64,000 nt of DNA from Candidatus Nomurabacteria bacterium (GCA_031425235.1 JANPIZ010000008.1:27377-91376), one strand, 5' to 3'; counted from the stretch's first letter, positions 1 to 8,639 are shown. Notes: generated from the sequence alone by a model not told the origin. Made by a program: numbers and translations.

Positions 1-368
1 AACTTGATCAAGATGGTTCCATGAGTGCACTGCTTGAAATATTACCAAGGTTACCTTTCAAAACTGTGTTCATTCAAACTGACAATGGACTTGAGTTTCA
101 AAAGAGATTTCAAGAATTCCTTTCAGGAATGAATATCAAACATCATTTCATTCATAAATCTACCCCAAATGAGAACGCTGTCATTGAAAGATCTTTTCGT
201 ACTGATGAAGAAGAGTTCTACTTTAGAATCAAGAAACGACCCAAGCACTATGATGAGCTTCGAGATCTTTTGAAAGAGTTTTTACATTACTACAACTATG
301 AACGATTACATATGGGAATTAATTTTAAGACACCTTATGCGGTAGTTGCAGAAGAGGTGTCAGAATAA
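1..368 (+). mobile_element. DDE transposase (rve integrase-core domain), C-terminal part; the reading frame runs off the 5' window edge
   Basis: No stop codon in frame back to position 3. Translation ...TDNGLEFQ...STPNENAVIERSFRT...YYNYERLHMGIN matches the DDE catalytic core of IS481/IS3-type transposases. Confidence 0.7.
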
Positions 369-406
369 GGGCCCCTATAGAATCTATATTCTATAGGGGC
401 CTTTTG
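369..406 (+). terminator. Perfect 14-bp stem hairpin (GGCCCCTATAGAAT / ATTCTATAGGGGCC, loop CTAT) followed by TTTTG; intrinsic terminator or IS terminal structure
   Basis: Direct reading of the inverted repeat immediately after the transposase stop codon. Confidence 0.6.
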
Positions 407-488
407 TGGGCAAGGAGGGACTCGAACCCTCAAGCCTTGCGGCATTAGTTCCTAAGACTAACGCGTATACCAATTCCGCCACTTGCCC
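407..488 (-). tRNA. tRNA-Leu (anticodon TAG), long variable arm
   Basis: Reverse complement GGGCAAGTGGCGGAATTGGTA...CTTAGGA...GGTTCGAGTCCCTCCTTGCCCA folds as a cloverleaf with a 7-bp acceptor stem and a TTCGAGT T-loop. 3' CCA not encoded. Confidence 0.75.
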
Positions 489-615
489 AATATTATTTAT
501 TTCAAAACACGAATCCACTTTATGTTTGTGGTCAGAGATAATTTTCTGCTGAAAATTTCCCCGACCCTGCCTCGCACCGTCGTGCTCCGGCTCGCACAAA
601 GCATCCCATGCTTTG

Positions 616-688
616 TGCGCCCTGGAGGGATCGAACCTCCGACATTCTCCTTAAGAGGGAGCTACTCTACCAGCTGAGTTAAGGGCGC
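616..688 (-). tRNA. tRNA-Lys (anticodon CTT)
   Basis: Reverse complement GCGCCCTTAACTCAGCTGGTAGAGT...CTCTTAA...GGAGGTTCGATCCCTCCAGGGCGCA. Acceptor, D, anticodon and T stems pair; anticodon loop is CT-CTT-AA. Confidence 0.75.
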
Positions 689-708
689 ATATTTTATTTT
701 CAACTCAC

Positions 709-731
709 CCTGTGCCCGAGGTGGGAATCGG
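709..731. repeat. Direct repeat copy 1 (ctgtgcccgaggtgggaatcg): an orphan duplicate of the 3' end of tRNA-Leu(TAA), with no matching 5' tRNA half
   Basis: 21-22 nt identical to 828-848; no complementary acceptor 5' strand found within 130 nt. Confidence 0.6.
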
Positions 732-827
732 CTACTACATAGCCAGGTGCTTTTCCGTCTCATTACATTCGCATGGAAAAGCCTTTCGATACCCACCCGT
801 AAGCAAAGCAGTTTGCTTACTCTCGTG

Positions 828-848
828 CTGTGCCCGAGGTGGGAATCG
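828..848. repeat. Direct repeat copy 2; this is the genuine 3' end of tRNA-Leu(TAA)
   Basis: Identical to 709-731. Confidence 0.6.
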
Positions 849-912
849 AACCCACATCCCTTGCGAGACACGATTTTAAGTCGTGCGCGTATACCGGTTC
901 CGCCACTCGGGC
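831..912 (-). tRNA. tRNA-Leu (anticodon TAA), long variable arm
   Basis: Reverse complement GCCCGAGTGGCGGAACCGGTA...ACTTAAAAT...GGGTTCGATTCCCACCTCGGGCA; cloverleaf with anticodon loop CT-TAA-AA. Confidence 0.75.
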
Positions 913-984
913 ATACAAATCATATTACCTATTTTTTCTCTTATAAACAAGAGTTCTTGTTTATCCTAACCACAAACATTAGGG

Positions 985-1056
985 AGGCCTGGGGCGGAAT
1001 CGAACCGCCGTGTAACTCTTTTGCAGAGAGTTGCCTTACCACTTGGCCACCAGGCC
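985..1056 (-). tRNA. tRNA-Cys (anticodon GCA)
   Basis: Reverse complement GGCCTGGTGGCCAAGTGGTAAGGC...CTGCAAA...GGCGGTTCGATTCCGCCCCAGGCCT. Confidence 0.75.
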
Positions 1057-1092
1057 TTATTTTAAAAAATAAAAATAAGGAACTATTCAATC

Positions 1093-1419
1093 CTAACTAT
1101 TTCGCAGCAGTTCGTCAATTTTCTGTCTGTTCTTTTCTCCTAAATCTATACCTATATCAATGAACGGTATTATTTTCACAGGCATGTTTTTTTTCAAGAA
1201 TTGACGTAATTCTCCACGTTTGCGCTTCGCGAAGTCGAGTGCAGCCTTTTCTTTTTCTATGGGTAATACAGTTATGAGTATTGTTGCTCGCTTCAAGTCC
1301 GGAGAGCAATTTACAGAAATAACGTTAATGAGAGAAGTTCTATTACCTTCACGGCTTAAAAATTGCGCTGCCAACTCCTTTATCTTATTGGCTACTTTTT
1401 CAGTTCGTTCGTTTGCCAT
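1093..1419 (-). CDS. rbfA: Ribosome-binding factor A
   Basis: 108 aa, RbfA-like sequence, directly downstream of infB as in the conserved infB-rbfA arrangement. Confidence 0.7.
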   Translation of the reverse strand: MANERTEKVANKIKELAAQFLSREGNRTSLINVISVNCSPDLKRATILITVLPIEKEKAALDFAKRKRGELRQFLKKNMPVKIIPFIDIGIDLGEKNRQKIDELLRNS

Positions 1420-1423
1420 AGTA

Positions 1424-2929
1424 TTATTTTTGCATTACTGAAAAGGATTCAAGAACGTCTCCTGTGACAATCTCTATTTTTGATTCGATCATCATGCCGA
1501 ATTCGAGGCCCTCAGTGACTGTACTTGTCTTTAATTTACCTTGTTCGAGGTTTACTAATTTACCACGCCCGATTTCAAAATCTCTTCGCATTATTTTTAC
1601 TATACTATTTAGGTTGATAACACCTTCGGTAACTTTACCTCCGAGTATTTGCCTTTCTTTTGTGCGACTAAAAGCGCGGATTATCTTCACTCGTCCGGTC
1701 ACTTCTACGGTTTCTATTTTTGGTCGAAGTCTTTCCATTTGTTCCTCGAGCCATTCGGTCATTTTGTAAATTATATTAAAAGAAGAAATGTCTACTCCAC
1801 GCCTCTCTGCTTCTTCTGTCGCACTTCTGTCAATATTTACATTAAATCCAATAATGAGGATATCTCCATCAGTTGAGAGATTTTTTATATCAGATAATGT
1901 TATAGGTCCTACACCTTTTGCTACTATTTTAAATTCAGCATTTTCATGTTGTATTTTTTGGATTTCTTTCTCGATAGCTTCGAGTGATCCTGCTACGTCA
2001 GCTTTTAACATGATAGGTATTATTTTTTTATCACTTTGTTCCCCTTGCTTTGATTGAGTCGCATTGATAGTCCCTTCCTTCCAGTTTTTGGCGTATTCTT
2101 CTGCATCACTTTTTTTTGCGAAGGCTTTAAATTCTCCTCCGACATGTGGCATGTTATTGAACCCAATTATGCGAATAGGGGACGAGAATGTTGCTTCCTT
2201 TATCATCTTACCGAGAAAGTTCTCCATTATACGAGTGGAGCAGATAGTGTCTTCTACAGCTACTGTCATGCCACTTTTTACATATCCATTTTTTATAATA
2301 AGTGTTGCTTCGATACCGCGCTTTGGGTCAAGATTTGCTTCAAGCACGAAACCAGTTGCGTCGGTTTGTGGGTTCGCTGTAAAATTTTCTACTTCCGCGA
2401 GAATTAAGATAAGCGACAGCAATGTATCAATACCGGTACCTTCTTTAGCCGAAATTTCTGCAAAAGGAATCGTACCGCCATAATTTTCCAAATAAATTTC
2501 ATTCTCAGCAAGTTCGGTTTTGGTTTTTTCGATGTTCGCAACTGGTCGGTCTATTTTATTTATTGCAACAATGACAGGAATTTTACTTTCGACAATAGTC
2601 TTCCAGGCTTCGATAGTTTGTGGCTTTACGCCATCTTCAGCAGAAACAATAAGAATGGCAATATCAGCGATTTGTGCACCCCGCTCGCGCATTTTTGAAA
2701 AAGCTTCATGACCAGGTGTATCAATAAAAGTTATTTTTTCCTCGGCGCCATGTTCATTTTTATGAAGTACCTCATATGCAGAAATCCTTTGAGTAATACC
2801 TCCTGTTTCACCCTCAACGATGTTTGATTTTCTAATGTAATCGAGGAGCGTGGATTTACCATGGTCGATATGACCCATTATGACCACCACTGGCGGACGT
2901 TTTTCAATTGTCTCTTTTTGTTTATCCAT
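1424..2929 (-). CDS. infB: Translation initiation factor IF-2 (short form, 501 aa)
   Basis: G-domain motifs GHIDHGKST, DTPGH, NKID, then the IF-2 beta-barrel/C-terminal region. Lacks the long N-terminal extension. Confidence 0.9.
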   Translation of the reverse strand: MDKQKETIEKRPPVVVIMGHIDHGKSTLLDYIRKSNIVEGETGGITQRISAYEVLHKNEHGAEEKITFIDTPGHEAFSKMRERGAQIADIAILIVSAEDGVKPQTIEAWKTIVESKIPVIVAINKIDRPVANIEKTKTELAENEIYLENYGGTIPFAEISAKEGTGIDTLLSLILILAEVENFTANPQTDATGFVLEANLDPKRGIEATLIIKNGYVKSGMTVAVEDTICSTRIMENFLGKMIKEATFSSPIRIIGFNNMPHVGGEFKAFAKKSDAEEYAKNWKEGTINATQSKQGEQSDKKIIPIMLKADVAGSLEAIEKEIQKIQHENAEFKIVAKGVGPITLSDIKNLSTDGDILIIGFNVNIDRSATEEAERRGVDISSFNIIYKMTEWLEEQMERLRPKIETVEVTGRVKIIRAFSRTKERQILGGKVTEGVINLNSIVKIMRRDFEIGRGKLVNLEQGKLKTSTVTEGLEFGMMIESKIEIVTGDVLESFSVMQK

Positions 2930-2934
2930 TGGTT

Positions 2935-3405
2935 TTATTTTACGATAGCCTTTTCGAGCACATCTTTTTCTTCGACGCTCAGTTCGTATTCTGATTTTTT
3001 ATTTTTTACTGGTTTAGCAAATACGCTCATGCGATCACGTGCGTATAAACTCGAGATGACGACTCCATCTCCATCTTCGTTTAAAAGCGAAATTGCAAAA
3101 CTTTGATTGCTGCCTTGATCAGGAAAAGGGTTGAAACGTATCGTCTCAAGTCCGCGGATACTTTTTCGTAGTTTAGAATGTATTGTTGTGATTTCGTCTA
3201 TGGCCAATTCTTTTGCTTTTTTCAATTCTACGATTTCATTTTGCATAGATACGATAGTTTCCTCTAGATCTTTTGCTTTTTTACCCACAAAAAATCTTTT
3301 CAATCGTTTTTCAGTGCTAAAAATCCAAAAAGTTACCAATAAAATGGCAAGGAGAGTTAAAACAAAAAAAACTATAACGAACATATTGCCCGGTTGTATA
3401 TTCAT
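2935..3405 (-). CDS. Hypothetical membrane protein: N-terminal transmembrane helix plus coiled coil (DUF4446-like architecture)
   Basis: Hydrophobic N-terminus VIVFFVLTLLAILLVTFWIF, then charged coiled-coil region. Confidence 0.4.
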   Translation of the reverse strand: MNIQPGNMFVIVFFVLTLLAILLVTFWIFSTEKRLKRFFVGKKAKDLEETIVSMQNEIVELKKAKELAIDEITTIHSKLRKSIRGLETIRFNPFPDQGSNQSFAISLLNEDGDGVVISSLYARDRMSVFAKPVKNKKSEYELSVEEKDVLEKAIVK

Positions 3406-3508
3406 GCCACTTCAATATATACCCCGTAGTGAATTTTAGCAAGGCACCTAAAGGTGCGCTCGAAAATCGAGCATTGCTAAAATCTACTAACCGGGTATAC
3501 TATTTTTA

Positions 3509-4657
3509 ATGAAAAAAACTATAAAACATGTGTATCTTGATTATGCATCAAGCGCACTCTCAGTCTCAGCAAATCCTGGGTCAATACATGAATTTGGGGT
3601 AAAAGAGAAAAGTAAATTAGAGCAGGCACGAAAAATAGTTGCTAAGCTGTTGCAAGGACAGAGCAATGAAATTATTTTTACCTCTGGGGCTACAGAAAGT
3701 AATAATTTGGCTATTCTTGGACTGATTCAAAATTCTATAACAAATTCAGAAGTGCCACATATAGTAACTACTAATATTGAGCATGCTTCAGTTCTGGAAA
3801 CATGTCGGCATCTTGAAAAAACTAAACAAGCGACAGTTACGTATATCGATGTAGAAAGTACAGGGATTGTTGACCCGAAGAAAATAAAAAAAGCACTTAC
3901 AAAAAATACTGTACTTGTGTGTGTCATGTATGCCAACAATGAAATTGGCACAATACAGCCGATCAAAGAAATCGCAAAAGAGATACGACATTACAATAAA
4001 ATAAATAGTGCAAAAGTATTTTTTCATACTGATGCCACGCAAGGCATAAATTATTTACCGATCGGCATTCCACAGCTTGGTGTGGACATGATGTCTTTCA
4101 ATGCAGCGAAAATATATGGACCCAAGGGGGTCGGAGTATTGTTTATTAAAAAAGATACGCCTGTAACAAAAATACTGTTTGGAGGTGATCAAGAAATGGG
4201 TCTACGCCCAGGCACAGAAAACGTGAGTGCAACAATCGAGCTTGCGCAGGCACTGGAATCAGTTGAAAAAAATAAACAGAAAGAAATCAAACGGCTTACT
4301 GGTTTGCGTGATTATTTTATTAAAAAATTACTTCAGTTGGATGGCACGATAGTTATAAATGGGGAGCTTGCACATCGACTACCAAATAACATAAATATCA
4401 CTATTCCAAACATACCGAGTGATCTACTCGTAGTAGAATTGTCGACGAAGGGGATAATGGCTTCGGCAAAGAGTGCTTGTAAAAGCGGGGATGGCAAAGC
4501 TTCACATGTAATTGAAGCAATAGATAAAGGCATAAAAGAGACTGACGGGTCGCTCCGCTTTTCTCTTGGACGAGAAACTACTAAGGCGGATATTGATTAC
4601 ACAACACAGGCATTATCTGAAATTTTGAATAAACTAAAAAAGTGGTACTATAAATAG
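3509..4657 (+). CDS. Cysteine desulfurase (class V aminotransferase, NifS/IscS-like)
   Basis: SGATESNNLAILG, HTDATQG, SFNAAKIYGPKGVGVLFI PLP-lysine region; 382 aa. Confidence 0.8.
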   Translation: MKKTIKHVYLDYASSALSVSANPGSIHEFGVKEKSKLEQARKIVAKLLQGQSNEIIFTSGATESNNLAILGLIQNSITNSEVPHIVTTNIEHASVLETCRHLEKTKQATVTYIDVESTGIVDPKKIKKALTKNTVLVCVMYANNEIGTIQPIKEIAKEIRHYNKINSAKVFFHTDATQGINYLPIGIPQLGVDMMSFNAAKIYGPKGVGVLFIKKDTPVTKILFGGDQEMGLRPGTENVSATIELAQALESVEKNKQKEIKRLTGLRDYFIKKLLQLDGTIVINGELAHRLPNNINITIPNIPSDLLVVELSTKGIMASAKSACKSGDGKASHVIEAIDKGIKETDGSLRFSLGRETTKADIDYTTQALSEILNKLKKWYYK

Positions 4658-4669
4658 TAAGTAAAAAAT

Positions 4670-5782
4670 TTGATGATAGAATCAATTAATGTATCTAATT
4701 TTAATACAAACGAAACAAAAACTAAAACAGAAGCTTCTTTTACTATTCCAACAGAGGAAATTGTAAAAATAAGTCATGAATTAAAGCAATCTCAAAAAAC
4801 ACGAGGTTTTCTAAATAACTTATTACAAAAAGCTTCTTTATTAGCTGAAAATATAACAAAAGGAGACCCAGCAAATTTTAAACCACTAAGGAATTTTTTA
4901 TTAATTTTACTCGTATCTTCTTATAACTCTGGGTGTTCTGTTGCCGCTATTGCCGATATTGATAGTTCGAGTAATAAGGTCGCATCTAGCTCTACTCAAA
5001 AAACAGAAAACTTAAAAAAATTTAAAAAATACAATAAAGAACAAATTAAAGATTTAGTAAGAAATTCAAAAACAGAAAACGCTTTTATTGGTACGGGGGA
5101 TAATTATTACGAGATAGCTGAGGGAACAAAAGATTCAGTTTCTATAAAATCTTTGAATAACGAATTTTTAGAGGAAATGATTAGTAGTCACGAAGAACCT
5201 ACTACTGTCAGTCACACACATCCTTCGTACACAGCATTGGAAGATTTGAAGATAAATAAAAATATTACTCAAAAAAAATTAGAAAAAAAACTATATAATC
5301 CACCAAGTGCTGCAGATCTTAGCGTTCTTGTGAAACAAAATCTCAAGGTAGACTTAAAATTTTCCGGTGTAAAAAGAATTAATTTTAAAGTATTTGATTA
5401 TAATGGTATTTGGAATATAAAAATGATAGATTCTTTTCAAGCTAAAGAAGCTATCTCATTATTTCTTGCTGTAGTTAAAGATCCTAGCAATGAGATTAGC
5501 TGGAGGGAAATGGAAAAAATATATAAAGATCAATCTGAGTTGCAAGATTTTAAAAACCAATTACAGTCAAAGAAGGACGAAAATGGTAGACTCGACTTAG
5601 CGGGAAACTTTTTATGGAATTTGTATTTTTTTAGAAAATTAGAAAGGTATGATATTCTATCAGTAGATTTATATAAAAGTTTAAAAGATAACGATACTGA
5701 TATAGAAATAAAAAATAAAACTAAAATATTAACAATAGAAGCAGAAAAACAGGGCTTCGATATAAGCTTTGAAACATATTAA
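4670..5782 (+). CDS. Hypothetical protein, Asn/Lys-rich low complexity; possible degenerate JAB/RadC-like metal motif (HTHPS ... NPPSAADL)
   Basis: ORF of 370 aa. The motif resemblance is weak and carries a long insertion. Confidence 0.4.
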   Translation: MMIESINVSNFNTNETKTKTEASFTIPTEEIVKISHELKQSQKTRGFLNNLLQKASLLAENITKGDPANFKPLRNFLLILLVSSYNSGCSVAAIADIDSSSNKVASSSTQKTENLKKFKKYNKEQIKDLVRNSKTENAFIGTGDNYYEIAEGTKDSVSIKSLNNEFLEEMISSHEEPTTVSHTHPSYTALEDLKINKNITQKKLEKKLYNPPSAADLSVLVKQNLKVDLKFSGVKRINFKVFDYNGIWNIKMIDSFQAKEAISLFLAVVKDPSNEISWREMEKIYKDQSELQDFKNQLQSKKDENGRLDLAGNFLWNLYFFRKLERYDILSVDLYKSLKDNDTDIEIKNKTKILTIEAEKQGFDISFETY

Positions 5783-5786
5783 TTGT

Positions 5787-5815
5787 TTGAAGTAATATAC
5801 ATATAAAGGTATAAT
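5787..5815 (+). promoter_or_regulatory. Sigma70-type promoter TTGAAG-N17-TATAAT ending 7 nt before the ATG at 5823 (probable leaderless transcript)
   Basis: Motif spacing read directly; the -10 box sits in the 15-mer A[AG]GTATAATTAACTA shared with 8715-8729. Confidence 0.45.
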
Positions 5816-5822
5816 TAACTAT

Positions 5823-6239
5823 ATGGAAATACATGAGCCTATAATCAAGAAACTACACCCTCACTTCTTGGGTTACCTCGTCTTTTATATAAGCGGAGGA
5901 ATTATTTTTATTCTGGGATACTTTGTGTATTGGCCTCTATATTTTTTAGGGGCACTGACTGTTGTATTAGGAGAAGTTGCCAGAAGAGCGGAAACTTTTT
6001 ATATTCTTGAAAGTGGAGTTTCCCGAGAGTATAAACTACTTGCCACTTCACGAGACTTTGCTGAATACGGCAATATACAAAATATAAAAGTACGACAAAG
6101 CTTTCTTGAAAACATGTTTGGAATAGGTAACATACACATGGACACAGCAGGCGGAGATAAAACCGAAGTGAATTTTAGTTATGTTGCAGATCCATATGGG
6201 CTTGATCATATTATTCGAGGAAAAATGAAAACCCACTAA
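5823..6239 (+). CDS. Bacterial PH-domain membrane protein (bPH_2 / DUF304, YdbS/YdbT-like)
   Basis: Two N-terminal transmembrane helices followed by a bPH_2-like region. Confidence 0.55.
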   Translation: MEIHEPIIKKLHPHFLGYLVFYISGGIIFILGYFVYWPLYFLGALTVVLGEVARRAETFYILESGVSREYKLLATSRDFAEYGNIQNIKVRQSFLENMFGIGNIHMDTAGGDKTEVNFSYVADPYGLDHIIRGKMKTH

Positions 6240-6242
6240 ATT

Positions 6243-6434
6243 ATGACTAAAGAAGAACAAGCAAAAAAAATAGAAGAGATATATAATGAAGCAATGGAAA
6301 AGCTTAGCTTGCTTGCCCATGAGCGCAACGGACTAATAAAAGAACGACAAAAAGCTCTTAAACGCTATGTTAAAGATTTAGAAACAAAAAAAATTGAGGC
6401 CGTGAAATCATCATTAAAATCAAATTATTCATAA
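6243..6434 (+). CDS. Small coiled-coil protein (63 aa), cassette A; paralog of 7468-7641
   Basis: MTKEEQAKKIEEIYNEAMEKL... versus MTEEEKIKKIEEIYNEAMEKL... in the second copy. Confidence 0.55.
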   Translation: MTKEEQAKKIEEIYNEAMEKLSLLAHERNGLIKERQKALKRYVKDLETKKIEAVKSSLKSNYS

Positions 6435-6449
6435 TAGTTATTTATATCT

Positions 6450-7463
6450 ATGGAAACCCAAAAGACGACAGAAATAATATCTCACCTTGAGGAAAATAAT
6501 AATATTGCTGGTTTGGAAAATCTAATAAAACAGGCACAAGAAGCAATCCAACGTTTAGAAAAAAAAGCTCAAAATATATCTGAATCGTATAGCAAGAGGA
6601 ATGAAATTTCCCAGGTCGAAAACCTTGGGGGCTCCAAGGAAGAGTTACAAAACATAACTTCTCCTTTTGATAAGAAAATTGAACAAGAAGATGCACAGAT
6701 TGTAAATACAGTAATAAAAGCAAAAAAGGAAATCAATATTTTAGCAGAAGATAATGGTAATACCACAAGCAATTTTGAAACCCAAGAAACATCATCTCGA
6801 TATTATACAATAGGAGAATCAAATGAATTAATTCCTGATAGCGATTCTGGAATACTTGAAATTACTCCTGAAGGCAATATTAAATTGGAAAAGGATAAGA
6901 TTGCGAGCAATGAGGATTTCAAAACATTTGAGAAATTATATGATTCAAATCACAGGTTTGCGCAATGGGGCACAATAGAAGTGCTAAAGCAGCCAGATTT
7001 TGAAAAAACCGAGGATGGTTTTCGTCTCATAAGAAAAGGGTTCGCCCAGATACTTACAGATTTTGATATTAAAGAAAGAGCTCGGAATAAAGATAAAATA
7101 ATTTCTCAAGATATTGATATTGATAAAAGTGTGGGGGTAGAAAATGAATTTAGTAATTTTAATGGTAGTGCTAAAGGATATCTAAATCCTTTCATCGGTA
7201 AACTTGAAATTGGATCAGGAATACATCGAGAAGATTTTATAGTGGAAGGAAAAGGGAATGGTTTTGTTGAAGTAAAACCATTCATATCAAGATTTAGCAC
7301 AAAATCAGAATTTCTTCTTTATTATAAAAATCAATTTGATTTAGATAATCCTAGAGGAGGAAATGTTCGGGTTTTAAAACCGGCAATATTTAAACAGACA
7401 GGGAAAAATGAATTTGAATTCGTTGAAAAAGGTAAATTAGAAATCTATCACGAAGATCAATAA
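6450..7463 (+). CDS. Hypothetical protein (337 aa), cassette A large gene
   Basis: ORF; N-terminal coiled coil with an NLGGSKEE motif shared with 7647-8639 (HLGGQDG). Confidence 0.5.
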   Translation: METQKTTEIISHLEENNNIAGLENLIKQAQEAIQRLEKKAQNISESYSKRNEISQVENLGGSKEELQNITSPFDKKIEQEDAQIVNTVIKAKKEINILAEDNGNTTSNFETQETSSRYYTIGESNELIPDSDSGILEITPEGNIKLEKDKIASNEDFKTFEKLYDSNHRFAQWGTIEVLKQPDFEKTEDGFRLIRKGFAQILTDFDIKERARNKDKIISQDIDIDKSVGVENEFSNFNGSAKGYLNPFIGKLEIGSGIHREDFIVEGKGNGFVEVKPFISRFSTKSEFLLYYKNQFDLDNPRGGNVRVLKPAIFKQTGKNEFEFVEKGKLEIYHEDQ

Positions 7464-7467
7464 TCTT

Positions 7468-7641
7468 ATGACTGAAGAAGAAAAAATAAAAAAAATTGAG
7501 GAAATATACAATGAAGCAATGGAAAAGCTTGCAAGACTTAAAGCTCAGCGCAAAGAGTTTATTGGGGAGTATATAAAAGAACTTGAAATACAGAAAATGA
7601 ACGCCATAAAGGCGTCAGTTGAATTATCATATAATCAATAA
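7468..7641 (+). CDS. Small coiled-coil protein (57 aa), cassette B; paralog of 6243-6434. Below the ORF-track length cutoff.
   Basis: Manual translation MTEEEKIKKIEEIYNEAMEKLARLKAQRKEFIGEYIKELEIQKMNAIKASVELSYNQ*, stop at 7639-7641. Confidence 0.55.
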   Translation: MTEEEKIKKIEEIYNEAMEKLARLKAQRKEFIGEYIKELEIQKMNAIKASVELSYNQ

Positions 7642-7646
7642 AACTT

Positions 7647-8639
7647 ATGAGCATAGAAGACACAATCAAAAAGCACGAAGAAACTGGAAATAAAAAAGAA
7701 TTAGAAAACCTCAGAGAAGAAGGTGAGTTGACCTTTGATTCTCACAAAGTCAGCCTTACAGAGGAAGCAATTAATAGGATAAATGCATTAAAAGAGGCTG
7801 AGAAAACAACTTCTGAGAATATAAAACTAAAAGATTCAGAACGTTCCAGAATAGAGCATTTAGGGGGGCAAGATGGAGTTATTAAATTTGAAGATAGAAC
7901 AAAAGAATTTGAAGCTCAGGTTGAGGAAGTTATGAGAGAAGCTCAGAGTGAAATACGAAAACTTGCCGGTGAAGAAAAACTGGAATCTGCGGAAAAGCCA
8001 TCAGAAAACAAAACACTACAAGGAGAGGAAAAAATTAAAGAATTAAATACTATACTTGCAGAAAAAAATAAACCTAGTTATGTAGAAACTCAAAAAGCTA
8101 TTCAAGGACAACAAGAGAAAATTAATATCACAAAAGGAAACATAGCTAGACTAGAGAAAGAGATTGAACAAGCGAAGCCTTTTCTCAAATTTTCGGAATT
8201 AGAACAAGAAAGGTTAGCTAAAGAAGAAGGTTACAAGAATGCATTATCTAAAAAAACAGAATTAGAGGAAAAAATAAAAAATGCCCAAGCTCGCTATTCT
8301 GGATTTGAGTCAAAAAATGTAACTCTGTTTAGAGGTCAACCAAAGCCACCAACAGATGACATGAAAGCCGTCGTAGCTGAAATTGAAGGTTATGAAACTG
8401 AAAAGAAAAGTTTTGAAACTACAATAAATGTTTTTTCTGAAATAGAAAGCAAGCAAGAAGAAATGTTAGATAATGCTAGAACAGCTGGAATTGAATCCAA
8501 TAATCTGATTTATTATAAAAATCAGGCAAAGGGAAAAATTGAGCAAGATATTATGGAATCGCAATCCCATTTAAAAACTCTTGAACAACAGTTACAAAAT
8601 CAAAATGAAGAGATGGTAAACATTAGAAAAAATCTATAA
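7647..8639 (+). CDS. Hypothetical coiled-coil protein (330 aa), cassette B large gene
   Basis: ORF, E/K-rich coiled coil; same architecture as 6450-7463. Confidence 0.5.
   Translation: MSIEDTIKKHEETGNKKELENLREEGELTFDSHKVSLTEEAINRINALKEAEKTTSENIKLKDSERSRIEHLGGQDGVIKFEDRTKEFEAQVEEVMREAQSEIRKLAGEEKLESAEKPSENKTLQGEEKIKELNTILAEKNKPSYVETQKAIQGQQEKINITKGNIARLEKEIEQAKPFLKFSELEQERLAKEEGYKNALSKKTELEEKIKNAQARYSGFESKNVTLFRGQPKPPTDDMKAVVAEIEGYETEKKSFETTINVFSEIESKQEEMLDNARTAGIESNNLIYYKNQAKGKIEQDIMESQSHLKTLEQQLQNQNEEMVNIRKNL

Noticed and set aside
709-826. Possible tRNA pseudogene or intron-containing tRNA between the two 22-nt repeats
   Set aside because: No complementary acceptor 5' strand and no D or T arms; only the 3'-terminal 21 nt match a tRNA. 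Treated as an att-like duplication instead.
1220-1441. 73-aa plus-strand ORF overlapping rbfA
   Set aside because: Antisense to a conserved gene; no ribosome-binding site; no recognisable features.
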